Shown here: positions 18,509 through 27,929 of the stretch, in pieces | Numbering within the stretch: position 1 is the stretch's first letter | Layout of the letters: every line of letters begins with the position of its first letter | Assembly: GCA_050250895.1 (NCBI GenBank) | Contig: JBFWNU010000009.1 | Span: 1-64,000, forward strand | From: Vulcanimicrobiota bacterium | GTDB taxonomy: Bacteria > Vulcanimicrobiota > Xenobia > Xenobiales > JADMJV01 | DNA length: 64,000 nt | Direction: 5' to 3' | The notes under the pieces: model-generated | Told to the model about the DNA's origin: nothing | Databases searched by the model: none | Seen by the model: the letters and a program-made list of their open reading frames with translations, nothing else | Position numbers and translations under genes: made by a program

Positions 18509-19372
18509 ATGCAACTGTCAGGTCCGATACCCGCTCTTCGAGAGCGAGCCACCAAACTCTACGATGAAATCAGCCTGCGCGCCCACACGAGTCGTGTGGC
18601 CCAGCCTGAAGCCTTTCAGGCCGCTTTCGACAGCCTGGAGCTAGGCCAGTGTGACGACCCCGCCACCAAAGCCCTCTTCGTCGCGATGAAGCCTCTCCAG
18701 AGCTGGGCCGGCAACGACGCTGGTCGCCTCGAGACCGTCTATTCCACCGCTCTAAGGGTGGCCGGCCAGGCCATCGGGGGACTGCCCGGGGCCGCCCTCG
18801 GCGGCTGTAAAGACGAAACTCTGCTGGCCTCTTTGACCGGTCTCGGTAGCGAGGCGGGCGGGGCCGCCCAACCGTTCCTCGAAAACTTAGTGCCTGAGAG
18901 CTGGACCGAAGGCCAGGGCACCGACGCCCAATGGCGCGTGGGCCAGTCGCTCAACATGGTGCGTGAGGGACGAGCCGACAACGTTCGTTTCGTCAACTCC
19001 ACCTGGCTGGCTCACAAGAGCGGCGAAAAACTCAGCGCCGCCGAGGTCGACATCGCAGTGGGCGAAATCGCGACCTTCGGCAGAGAAAAGACCTCACAGG
19101 GCTGGAGACCAACGGCCAGCGGCCTTCGTCACCTGGAAGGCGAGCGGATCACGTTCTTGAGCGCCCACGAGGGCCGGCTCGTGCCTCACGAAGGCACCGT
19201 CGAGAATGTCCACGGCGCGCTCTTCGGACTGGCCGGAACAGACGAGCAGTTCAACGCCAACTACTGCCACTCGATGCTGCAGGCCGATTCGCCTCGCCTG
19301 CGCTATTTCGAAGGCCTCGACCCCCAGCAACGTCTGCTGATCGACATGGGCTTCGCTCACCCTAACTATTAG
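18509..19372 (+). CDS. Hypothetical protein (287 aa)
   Basis: AGGAG RBS before ATG 18509; coding-like composition. Confidence 0.7.
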   Translation: MQLSGPIPALRERATKLYDEISLRAHTSRVAQPEAFQAAFDSLELGQCDDPATKALFVAMKPLQSWAGNDAGRLETVYSTALRVAGQAIGGLPGAALGGCKDETLLASLTGLGSEAGGAAQPFLENLVPESWTEGQGTDAQWRVGQSLNMVREGRADNVRFVNSTWLAHKSGEKLSAAEVDIAVGEIATFGREKTSQGWRPTASGLRHLEGERITFLSAHEGRLVPHEGTVENVHGALFGLAGTDEQFNANYCHSMLQADSPRLRYFEGLDPQQRLLIDMGFAHPNY

Positions 19373-20001
19373 ATCCCTAGACTCGGCCCGCGCGCGGCCG
19401 CGGCCAGGATGACGGCCACCAGGCTGACCAGGCTCACGAGCCAGCCTCGCTCCTGGGGCAGGACCAGCGCGTAAAGAGCGCCCAACACCATGCCGGCTGC
19501 GTGGGCGGTCAGATCGACCCGAGGGTCGGGAAATAGCGACAGCGCCAGGGCGCTGCCAAGGACTACCGCGGTCTTCTTGCGCAGCTCGGGTTCATAGTCG
19601 CCCCAGCCGCGCAGCAGTAGCACCAACGAAGCGGCGGTCAGACCCAGCACCGCTCCCGAAGCGCCGACGGCGGGGCGTTGCCAGGCCAATTCGGAAGCGG
19701 CCAGATTGGCGGCAAAGCCGGTGAAGACAAACAGGTAAAGGGTCTGAAAGCGTCCCGCCAGGGGCTCGAGCAAACCCGCCACCACGGCCAGAAAGACCGT
19801 ATTCACCAGAAAGTGCAGCCAGCCGTAATGCAAGAACATGGAGGCCAACAGCCGCCAGTTCTCTTCGGGAAAGCCCAGCATGTCGCGACGGGCCCCCAGC
19901 TTGATCAAGACCGAAGGGGTGGCCCCACCCATGGCCAGCGTGACCACGAACATCACCACCAGGCTGCCCACCAGCAACAGAGTGACCGGGCGTTCTTTCA
20001 C
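19369..20001 (-). CDS. Rhomboid family intramembrane serine protease
   Basis: WRLLASMFLHYGWLHFLVN, VGASG catalytic Ser, AHAAG catalytic His; GTGA overlap with the upstream gene. Confidence 0.9.
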   Translation of the reverse strand: MKERPVTLLLVGSLVVMFVVTLAMGGATPSVLIKLGARRDMLGFPEENWRLLASMFLHYGWLHFLVNTVFLAVVAGLLEPLAGRFQTLYLFVFTGFAANLAASELAWQRPAVGASGAVLGLTAASLVLLLRGWGDYEPELRKKTAVVLGSALALSLFPDPRVDLTAHAAGMVLGALYALVLPQERGWLVSLVSLVAVILAAAARGPSLGI

Positions 20002-20225
20002 TCGGGGCGGGGGTGGGCTTCCCAATAGGGGCAATCGAACGGCTCGTCCTGGCCCACGCCAGCGGCGGGTTCGGGGTCCATCAGATAATCGTCGCGGCTG
20101 GTCCAGCCCAACACTTTGCAGCGAAACTTGACATACTCGGTGTCGGCAATCTGCTCGAACTCGCGCCCGTGCTCGAGCACCTCGAGGTTCTTGCACAGGG
20201 CGCAAATCTTGAAGGGGTCGGCCAT
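19998..20225 (-). CDS. Small Cys-rich (putative metal-binding) protein, 75 aa
   Basis: CALC...C...CPYW pattern; stop codon overlaps the rhomboid start. Confidence 0.7.
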   Translation of the reverse strand: MADPFKICALCKNLEVLEHGREFEQIADTEYVKFRCKVLGWTSRDDYLMDPEPAAGVGQDEPFDCPYWEAHPRPE

Positions 20226-20264
20226 ACTGTGGTTTTCGCCCCGGGGGGCGGCTATCCCGTCAAG

Positions 20265-20308
20265 TTCACATTTTTGTCAAGTCCGGGGTGCTCGGACTGA
20301 CCTAGATT
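20265..20308 (+). promoter_or_regulatory. Direct-repeat box promoter (class N22)
   Basis: TTCAC-ATTTTT-GTCAA-N22-TAGATT. Confidence 0.55.
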
Positions 20309-20324
20309 GGGAGCGGAGGTTCCG

Positions 20325-22121
20325 ATGAACACGCTATCCGCCATTCGCCCTTTCACGGCCCCGCTGCCGGCTCGGGCGGCCGCCCCCCAGGCCGGGCTGG
20401 CCAACGATCCCCACGAGGTGGTCGAGCTCACCCAGAGCCTGGTGCGTGTCGATTCGAGCCCTACGAACCTCATTGCGGGCGAAAACCGAGTGGCCGATCT
20501 GGTCAGTCAGTATGCCCAGCAAGCCGGACTGCAGGTGGAGCGTTTCGAGACGGTGCGAGGCCGTCCCATGGTCATCGTGACTCTGGCCGGCACCAAACCC
20601 GACCTTCCCGCGGTGGGCTTCGTGCATCACTCCGATGTGGTCGGTGTCGAAGGCGAGTGGAAGCTGGGCCAGCCCTTCTCGGGCGATATCACCACCGACC
20701 GCCACGGGCGTGAGGTGCTGGTGGGTCGCGGCAGCCTCGACACCAAAGGTCCGGCCGCCCAGGTGCTGATAGCCATGAAGCGCCTCAAAGAAGCGGGTCG
20801 GGCTCCTGAGCGCACCATGCAGCTTTACCTCTTCCCCGACGAAGAAACGGGTGGCCGTGAGGGCGCCTGGTACCTGGCCAAGAATCGTCCCGAGCTGTTC
20901 GAGAAGGTCGGCTACTGGGTAGTCGAGGGGGCCGGCATCATGTCCAAAGAGGTGCTGGCCGGCGTTGGCAACGTCACCAGGGATGCGCCCTTTCTGGCGG
21001 TGGCCCAGAAATACTCGGTTCCCGTGCAGATGGTGCTCAAGCAGCCGTCGGATCCCGAGCAGGCGATCGACAAGACCCTGGCCGCCCTCAAGCGCCTCGA
21101 CAAGTATGTCGAAGATCGCGACTTCACGTTTCTGGGCGACAACGAAGAGACGGGGCGTTCCTTCGACCGGCTGGGCAACTACATCGGCGGCTTCAAGGGT
21201 TGGCTGCTCAAGAACTTCTGGTGGACCGACTTCGTCGAAAACCGCCTGGGGCCCGAGCTCTCGGCCACCAACCGCACCGATCTGGCCCGCACCGACTTCT
21301 ATCTCAGCTCCAATCCCGGAGGCAACCTGTCGGGCCCCAACGTCAAGCCGTCCTCAGCCACGGCCGTGGTCGAGCTCGAACTACCCGTGGAAGACCGCGC
21401 TCGGGCCATCGAGCTGATGACCAAAGCCGCGGGCGAGAAATTTCAGGTCGAGGCGCTCGAAGAGCTCGACAACGGTAAGCCCGAGCTGGCCGTGCGGGTC
21501 ACCCTGCCGCAAGAGAACTATGACGGCAGCAATCACGGCTCGATCCCCGACCGCGAACACGACTCGATCGATGTCACCAATCAGGCTCTCGAGCGCATGC
21601 GCAAGAAGCTGTGGTGGCATGGCTGGTCCGACAAGATGGAAGTGGTCGACTATTTCACCAGCAAGTCGGTCCATCCGGCCGAGCCCCCCAGCCACCAGCC
21701 GGTGGCCACTCACGTCACCCTCGACCTGCGATTGGCCGTCGATGACGACCGCGAGACTGTGCTCAACGACCTGCGTCAGGCCATGGGCGAGGACTTCGAA
21801 CTGCGTCTGATCGGCGGACCCGAAGAACTCGACGCCCACGTGCGCCGGCTATCTTCGCAAAGCGAACTGTTCGGCGCGGCGGAAGAGGCCATTCACGAGA
21901 CCTACGGAGCCGACACGCCGATCCTTTTCGGCAACACCACCGCCTCGAACGATGTGCGCTATTTGATGAACGCCAACCCCGACAGCCAGGCCCTGACCTT
22001 CGTGCCGGTGCTGTTCACCGAGAACGGCGCCCACGGTCCCGACGAGGCCGTGACGGTCGAATCGCTCTCGAGCGGCGTCGACTGGATGGTGCGCTTCATG
22101 GAGAAGATCGGTCGCGAGTAA
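20325..22121 (+). CDS. M20 family metallopeptidase/amidohydrolase
   Basis: HSDVV, GRGSLDTKG, DEETGG and AHGPDE motifs; GGAGG RBS. Confidence 0.9.
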   Translation: MNTLSAIRPFTAPLPARAAAPQAGLANDPHEVVELTQSLVRVDSSPTNLIAGENRVADLVSQYAQQAGLQVERFETVRGRPMVIVTLAGTKPDLPAVGFVHHSDVVGVEGEWKLGQPFSGDITTDRHGREVLVGRGSLDTKGPAAQVLIAMKRLKEAGRAPERTMQLYLFPDEETGGREGAWYLAKNRPELFEKVGYWVVEGAGIMSKEVLAGVGNVTRDAPFLAVAQKYSVPVQMVLKQPSDPEQAIDKTLAALKRLDKYVEDRDFTFLGDNEETGRSFDRLGNYIGGFKGWLLKNFWWTDFVENRLGPELSATNRTDLARTDFYLSSNPGGNLSGPNVKPSSATAVVELELPVEDRARAIELMTKAAGEKFQVEALEELDNGKPELAVRVTLPQENYDGSNHGSIPDREHDSIDVTNQALERMRKKLWWHGWSDKMEVVDYFTSKSVHPAEPPSHQPVATHVTLDLRLAVDDDRETVLNDLRQAMGEDFELRLIGGPEELDAHVRRLSSQSELFGAAEEAIHETYGADTPILFGNTTASNDVRYLMNANPDSQALTFVPVLFTENGAHGPDEAVTVESLSSGVDWMVRFMEKIGRE

Positions 22122-22122
22122 C

Positions 22123-23742
22123 TCAAGAGCCGCTTTCCACCCGGCAGCCAGGGTTGGTCAGAGGAGGCGCTTGCCGGGCCAACTCGAGCACTTTCTGAAG
22201 GTCCTGCCAGAGGTGGTCCGTCAGTTCTTCAACCTGATCCCGACTCTGCTTGCCGCCCGTCTCCTGGACCTGGGCTAAAATATCGTCGCGCAGCTGCTGG
22301 CGCGTGTGTTTGGTGGGGTTCTGGCTCATCCAGATGACGCGCTGGATGACCGTCTCGAGATGCCGCTCCCCCAGATCGTTACCCAGTTCATTTCGTTTGG
22401 CCAGGGCCCGTCCGGCCAGCAGACTCAGCACTTGAAGCGAGCGGCCAGAGCGGTCGAGCACCGGCTGATAATCGACGACCTGGCCGGCTGGCGGAGCCTC
22501 GGCTTTCTCGTCGAGGCAATAACCCCGGATAGGCGTGCGAATCGTGCCCGCGGGCGGGACGACCAGTTTGCGCACCTCTCCAAGCATGACGGCCTGGACC
22601 GCTGAGCCGGCGGGGGGCTGCAGGACCAATCCCGGAATGAGTTCGATCGTGGCTTCTTTCTGAGTCTTGTTGATCAGCTCGAGTTCCAGGACCTCACCGG
22701 TGTTCTGACCGCGGCCACGCCAGACGAACTCGCAATCCTCCGGAGCACAACCGTTGGGCGGCTCGACCACTTCGGTCTGGAAGTCGGGCCCTTTACCTCG
22801 CTTCTTGGCCTCTTCGAACTCGGTGCGAGAGACCTTCCGCGGCGGGCCGTCCTGGTTCTGTTCGTCGCCCCCAGACGGTGGGACTGGCCCGGGTGTACCC
22901 GGGGTTGTTACCGGTGACGGGACTGGGGCTGGAGCCGGCGGAGTGGGGGGCGGAGGCAGGGCGTCCTTTTCGGTCTTGGCCTCTTTCTGCATGCGGTCTA
23001 GAGCGTCGAGATACATCTGGTAGGTGACGGGGGTGTCGTCCTCGAGCACGATGGCCAGCGGAAATTTTCCGTCGGTCTCGTTGTTCAACGACCTGATGTC
23101 GGTGATGTAGTCTTTCTTGAGTCCGATGAGCGTCTCGAGTTGGCAGTAGTAGTAGCGGGCGATATCCGTCTCGCCAATCTCGGCGAAGCCCCGGGCAGCC
23201 TTGAATCGACAGTTGATCCAGTGGTCCATCTCGATGACGGTGGCCGAATAGGCATCGATCTCGGCTCCGTTCTGAAAGGAGAAAAAGAACGTATAAAAAC
23301 TCTTGTACCACGGGTCGTCGGGGCCGGGTAGGGCGGGACCTTCGGCCACGTAGCTGCCGAATCGATAGACTCTGGACTGGGCATCGACATGGCGAGATTC
23401 ATGCACCAGCGACCGGGCCAGCGAAGCGATCTCCTCGAGATGGGTCGAATTCTTGAAGTCTAGCTCGTGACGGAAGAACCAATTGTCGATGTAAACCTCG
23501 TTGTCGTATCCGGCGCGACTGGTCCCGGCGTCGGTCCAATTCAGCTCGCCGCTGGCGTACTTCGACTTGATCGTGGCCGTATAGACCGATCCACATTCCT
23601 CGAGAAAAGCGATGGCGGCCTCGACCGCTCGGGCTTCTTTGGTCTTCGTCCCATACGGGGTGATCTCGCCCGTTTTTTCCTCGGCCCAGACCACCGATCC
23701 CAACAGCAGCAAGAGGGCTGCCTGCCACAAGTACTTCCCCAT
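22123..23742 (-). CDS. Secreted two-domain protein with an HExxH motif and a Pro-rich linker
   Basis: Sec signal (VWA-EE); LVHESRH...EIDAY; PPPPTPPAPAP linker. Confidence 0.7.
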   Translation of the reverse strand: MGKYLWQAALLLLLGSVVWAEEKTGEITPYGTKTKEARAVEAAIAFLEECGSVYTATIKSKYASGELNWTDAGTSRAGYDNEVYIDNWFFRHELDFKNSTHLEEIASLARSLVHESRHVDAQSRVYRFGSYVAEGPALPGPDDPWYKSFYTFFFSFQNGAEIDAYSATVIEMDHWINCRFKAARGFAEIGETDIARYYYCQLETLIGLKKDYITDIRSLNNETDGKFPLAIVLEDDTPVTYQMYLDALDRMQKEAKTEKDALPPPPTPPAPAPVPSPVTTPGTPGPVPPSGGDEQNQDGPPRKVSRTEFEEAKKRGKGPDFQTEVVEPPNGCAPEDCEFVWRGRGQNTGEVLELELINKTQKEATIELIPGLVLQPPAGSAVQAVMLGEVRKLVVPPAGTIRTPIRGYCLDEKAEAPPAGQVVDYQPVLDRSGRSLQVLSLLAGRALAKRNELGNDLGERHLETVIQRVIWMSQNPTKHTRQQLRDDILAQVQETGGKQSRDQVEELTDHLWQDLQKVLELARQAPPLTNPGCRVESGS

Positions 23743-23899
23743 TCACACCTCCGACCGGCCGGTCACGATCGCAAGGTGAAACGCCCCCTACGACCAAGCT
23801 GGCCTCGTCCCGAAGGCGTAGTTCCCCGGTGTCCGAAACTAGTCCTTTAGTCAAGACTCCCAACAAAGGATCAGCCCTCCGCGAACAGAAACCTGTTGC

Positions 23900-24247
23900 A
23901 TGAGATGGAGGCTCGTCCTGTTGCTGGGGCTGTTGGCCACATCTGCCTGGGGGGACTCGACCGGGGTGAGCGCGGAAGCGGCCCTGGTGCACCTGCTGGC
24001 GGATTATGACCTGGTGGTGCTGACCCCACGCGAGGACGGCTCGTTCGAGTTGCTCGAGTGCCTACGGGGCTCGAAAACACCGGGCCCGCTCGAAGTTCGC
24101 TGGGAAGGTGGTTTGTCCAAATCGGGCCCGCTACTTTGCCTGGCGCGCCAGCAAGAGGGCGAGTATCTCGTCCACCGTGCCCTCCGACTTCCCTTTGACG
24201 ACCAGTTGCGAGACACCGCGCGCGGCTGGCTGGGCATCCCGCCCTGA
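23900..24247 (+). CDS. Secreted hypothetical protein
   Basis: Signal peptide MRWRLVLLLGLLATSAWG. Confidence 0.6.
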   Translation: MRWRLVLLLGLLATSAWGDSTGVSAEAALVHLLADYDLVVLTPREDGSFELLECLRGSKTPGPLEVRWEGGLSKSGPLLCLARQQEGEYLVHRALRLPFDDQLRDTARGWLGIPP

Positions 24248-24304
24248 ATGATCTCGAGATGGCTGGACAGTCATCGGGCCGAGATCGACCACCTTTGGTG
24301 AGCC

Positions 24305-24532
24305 CTATTCCTTCTTGGCCTCGGGTTCTGCCGATGTTTCGGCGGGAGCAACCTGGCTCGGCTTGCGGGTCAAGTCGATGCCGACCCACAGGTTGGCGTC
24401 GGGCCTCTCGGGCTCGTCGCGGGTGAACTCGTGTTGTTCGGGGATATACGGCGGGATGATGCAGGGCGATTGAGCCAAAGCCGGCGCCGCCAGCGAGCAA
24501 GCAAACAAGAGAGCCAGAAGAGAACGTCGCAT
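24305..24532 (-). CDS. Small secreted hypothetical protein (75 aa)
   Basis: Signal peptide MRRSLLALLFACSLAAPALA. Confidence 0.6.
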   Translation of the reverse strand: MRRSLLALLFACSLAAPALAQSPCIIPPYIPEQHEFTRDEPERPDANLWVGIDLTRKPSQVAPAETSAEPEAKKE

Positions 24533-24616
24533 GGTGTGATGTTCGGCACCTCGCCGCAATTCCCCTCGACCAGGGTAAGCAGGCGCTCGGCTCGGCCAGG
24601 AGGAAGCTCGGGCGCT

Positions 24617-25033
24617 ATGGATACCAAGCAACTGCAAATGTTCAACCAGAAGATCATCGAAGAATTTCGAGCCAATGACGGGGCTGTCGGTGGCGACTTC
24701 GCCGGGGCCCCCATGCTGCTGCTCACGACCACCGGAGCCAGAAGCGGTGAGCCGCGGCTCTGCCCCCTGGTGTATGGGCTCGACGGCGACCAGATGTATG
24801 TCATCGCCTCCAAGGCCGGAGCCCCCACCCACCCCCACTGGTACCTCAACCTCAAGGCCAACCCCGAGGTCACCGTCGAGGTGGGCAACGACAAGTTCAG
24901 CGCCCGCGCCGTCGAGGTGAGCGAGCCCGAGCGCACTCGCCTGTTCCACCAGATGGCCGAGGCCATGCCGGTTTTCAAGACCTACGAGGCCAAGGCCGGT
25001 CGCGTGATTCCGGTGGTGAAGTTCGAACGTTAA
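24617..25033 (+). CDS. Nitroreductase-family deazaflavin (F420)-dependent oxidoreductase (Ddn-like)
   Basis: LLLTTTGARSG, IASKAGAPTHPHWYLNLKANP and RVIPVV motifs. Confidence 0.92.
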   Translation: MDTKQLQMFNQKIIEEFRANDGAVGGDFAGAPMLLLTTTGARSGEPRLCPLVYGLDGDQMYVIASKAGAPTHPHWYLNLKANPEVTVEVGNDKFSARAVEVSEPERTRLFHQMAEAMPVFKTYEAKAGRVIPVVKFER

Positions 25034-25049
25034 CCTGGTCGGGTTCGAG

Positions 25050-25081
25050 GTCAGCTCCAGGTCAGCTGCAACTCTTAGACT
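25050..25081 (+). promoter_or_regulatory. Direct-repeat box promoter (class N10), leaderless start
   Basis: GTCAG-CTCCAG-GTCAG-N10-TAGACT-N6-ATG. Confidence 0.5.
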
Positions 25082-25087
25082 GACAAC

Positions 25088-25438
25088 ATGAGCAATCCTA
25101 TCGGCCCCAACCTGAACGTGCCCAAGCTGACCCTCAGCCCGCGAGCGGCCACCGCTGCGGCCTCGGCCGAAGGCCCCACCGAGACCTTCACTCCCTCGGT
25201 GCCTCCCCCGGTGCTCACTCCCCAGCAAGTGCGCGAACTGACTCAGCAAGTGCTGCCGCAGTCCCCGGAAAAACCGGCCCAGGGCAAGTCGCCAAACCTG
25301 ATGGCGAACCTGCCCGAGCCGGTCAAGATGGCCCTCAAAGGCATTCCTATCCCGGGCACCGACATCACTCTCAAGCCGCGTTTCGACAACGGCATGGGCA
25401 AAGGGCCCAGTGGTCTCGACTTGAAGCTACGCTTTTAA
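25088..25438 (+). CDS. Hypothetical Pro-rich protein (116 aa)
   Basis: ORF with a promoter directly upstream; coding-like codon usage. Confidence 0.7.
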   Translation: MSNPIGPNLNVPKLTLSPRAATAAASAEGPTETFTPSVPPPVLTPQQVRELTQQVLPQSPEKPAQGKSPNLMANLPEPVKMALKGIPIPGTDITLKPRFDNGMGKGPSGLDLKLRF

Positions 25439-25945
25439 GGCGATGTCGCCGCTGAGCGCCGGCGGCGCCAGCGAAGCCTGCTCGTCCGAGACCAGGCGCC
25501 AGCCCTGACGCTCCGAGAACGAGTTCGAGGGCGTCTCGCGATCGAAGTGAAACAGTTCGGCATAGATGCTGGCCCCCTGGTCGTTGGGCGAATAGACTAC
25601 CTGCAACGAGTCGATGCCGTTGTCGCGATATTCGACGTGGCGGGTCAGCACGATGTCGCCGTTTTTATAGACCGAGTCGAGCTTGCCGGCGTGGGAATTG
25701 CCCGAGTAGTTGGCCGACAGAGTGCCGGCCCCCTGGAACTTCTCGATGAGAAGCTGCCCGCGACCGGGCATCAGGTCCTCGCCCAGACGGTCGTCGAGAT
25801 TAGGCATCCACTCGTCGATCATCCAGCCGTGGCTGGCCAGACCCTTGACGGGCTCTTCGATTTCTTGAGCTTGAGCGGACGGACCGAGATTGCCGCGAGA
25901 TTCGACCCGCTGCACGATTTCGTTGACTAGACTTAGACCTACCAT
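25427..25945 (-). CDS. Hypothetical protein (172 aa)
   Basis: GC3-biased ORF; LDDRLGEDLMPGRG motif similar to 16453-16911. Confidence 0.7.
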   Translation of the reverse strand: MVGLSLVNEIVQRVESRGNLGPSAQAQEIEEPVKGLASHGWMIDEWMPNLDDRLGEDLMPGRGQLLIEKFQGAGTLSANYSGNSHAGKLDSVYKNGDIVLTRHVEYRDNGIDSLQVVYSPNDQGASIYAELFHFDRETPSNSFSERQGWRLVSDEQASLAPPALSGDIALKA

Positions 25946-26102
25946 AAGGCCCCCCTGTTGGAAATTGGCGAGTCTCAGTCTCGCAGTCGAGAATTGCCCC
26001 GACTTTGCCGGCCTGTTAACAGCGGCCCAGAGTTAACGACCTGGCAATGGTCTGTTCAAGCCGAGCGAGGATTATGGGGCGGCGGAGAGTCTGGAGGTCA
26101 TC

Positions 26103-27929
26103 ATGAAAGTTCTGAGCGCACCCCGCGAGTGGTCCGTGCCTATTGGGCGCTGGGCCGAGGCAAGCCCCACCACCGGACCCGATGGAGACGTCTATGTTAG
26201 CGGCGTTCACCATCGCGTCATCCGCCTGTCCGGCGAGGACGGACACAAGCTTTGGGAGACCGACATCGGCAACGATCTCTACATGCCGATGCAGGTCACC
26301 GAGAACGGCACCGTGCTGGTCCATTCGCGCGGGGTCGAAGGCAGCGAGCCGGGCAACGGCTTGCCTGAAGTCATCCCGCTAGACGAGACCATCGCCCTCG
26401 ACGGCGAGGGCCACGAGAAATGGAGAGTTCGCAACGGCGACGGCCTCGGCTCTCGCCTTTTCGGCTCGCGCTTGATCGGGGTCGACCCCGAGGGCAAGGT
26501 CGAGGCCCGCAATGCCGACACCGGCGAGATTTTATGGCAATGGAGCCAACCCGTCGAGAGCTATGACTTCTGGCTGGAAGAGGGAGCCGGAGGCCATCTT
26601 TACCGCACTCAGAGCCTGGGCGGCGGAGCCGAAGAGCTGCACTGCATCGATCCCGCCACCGGTGAGGAACGCTGGAGCCTCGTGGGCGGCAACCTGCGCT
26701 ACGGCGTGAGCCATCACCAGGATGGCACTTTGACGGCCATCGCCACCAAATGGGGCGAGGGCGCCAGCACGCTAGCTCGCACCATCCACCACCTCGACGC
26801 CAACACCGGCGAACAGCTGTGGAAGATTGACGCCACCGAGGCTAAGGTCTTTCGAGCCAACTTCAACGACGGGGTGCTGGTGGCCGAGATTCGTGAGGAT
26901 TGGGATAGCCTGCACGGCGAAGCCGTCGTCTACAATCCCAGCGACGGCAGTGTGGCCTGGTCGGTGACCGTGCCGCACCTGGTCTCGGCCCGCTCTACCC
27001 CTGCCGGCCAGGTTTTGTTGCAGACCGTCAAGACCGGCGAGGATGGGCCCTATGGCAATAGCATCAGCTGCCACGACCCGGCCACCGGCGCCAAGCTGTG
27101 GAACTTCGCCCCCACTATCGATGAAGTCTCGGGGGTCGAGTTCGTGGGCGACCACATGCTGGTCCGCGGCTACCGTAATGTGCCCGACAGCGAGAAGAAA
27201 AACGCCGTGTTGCTGGCGGTCAACCCCGCTACCGGCGAGCAGGCCTGGGAATTCGAGGCAGGCCGGCCCATCTCGAAGATCATCGAGGGGGACGGAGTCC
27301 TCTTTCTGACGGTGGGCCAATGCCGGGTGGTCGCCATCGACCCGGCCACTGGCCAGGCCCGCTACGAGCACCACGCCCCGACCCATCTGCAGACGATGGA
27401 GACGGCCGTGGACGGAGGGGTGCTCACGGTCGACCTGGACGGCCAGGTGACCAAACTGGCGCCCGACTCTTTACTCGGCACGCCCGGCTATACTCCGGCC
27501 CCGGGCACACCCCCACGAGGCGGAGTCGTCTCGCGGATGCTGAGCGGTTTCAACCTGACCGAGAAGGCCAGCAAGGACATCCTGGGCCAATCGCGTACCA
27601 TCATGTCGGCCGACTTTGACTACAACGGCACTTACGAAGCCTGGGACTATGTGCTGGCCCGCGACAACGACGGCGATGGCCAGCTCAGCGACGCCGACCT
27701 GGCCGAGCTACCCACGCCCGAGTACCTGCGCAGTCTCGACCACGATGGCGACGGCCTGGTCAAAGACGACGAAATACAGCAAGCTCGCCTGTTCCTCTGG
27801 CGTGACTCTGACGAGAACGGCGCGGTTTCGGCCGACGACTTCATCTTTTCGGCTCTTGAGTACGGCGACGCTCTGGTCGACCTCGAGCGGATGAAGCTGA
27901 GTCAGCGCTACGCCTCGGCCTGCGAGTAG
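26103..27929 (+). CDS. PQQ-like beta-propeller repeat protein with C-terminal EF-hand-like Ca-binding loops
   Basis: Repeated DxxTGxxxW blades; DNDGDG, DHDGDG and DSDENG loops; GGAGG RBS; no Sec signal. Confidence 0.85.
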   Translation: MKVLSAPREWSVPIGRWAEASPTTGPDGDVYVSGVHHRVIRLSGEDGHKLWETDIGNDLYMPMQVTENGTVLVHSRGVEGSEPGNGLPEVIPLDETIALDGEGHEKWRVRNGDGLGSRLFGSRLIGVDPEGKVEARNADTGEILWQWSQPVESYDFWLEEGAGGHLYRTQSLGGGAEELHCIDPATGEERWSLVGGNLRYGVSHHQDGTLTAIATKWGEGASTLARTIHHLDANTGEQLWKIDATEAKVFRANFNDGVLVAEIREDWDSLHGEAVVYNPSDGSVAWSVTVPHLVSARSTPAGQVLLQTVKTGEDGPYGNSISCHDPATGAKLWNFAPTIDEVSGVEFVGDHMLVRGYRNVPDSEKKNAVLLAVNPATGEQAWEFEAGRPISKIIEGDGVLFLTVGQCRVVAIDPATGQARYEHHAPTHLQTMETAVDGGVLTVDLDGQVTKLAPDSLLGTPGYTPAPGTPPRGGVVSRMLSGFNLTEKASKDILGQSRTIMSADFDYNGTYEAWDYVLARDNDGDGQLSDADLAELPTPEYLRSLDHDGDGLVKDDEIQQARLFLWRDSDENGAVSADDFIFSALEYGDALVDLERMKLSQRYASACE

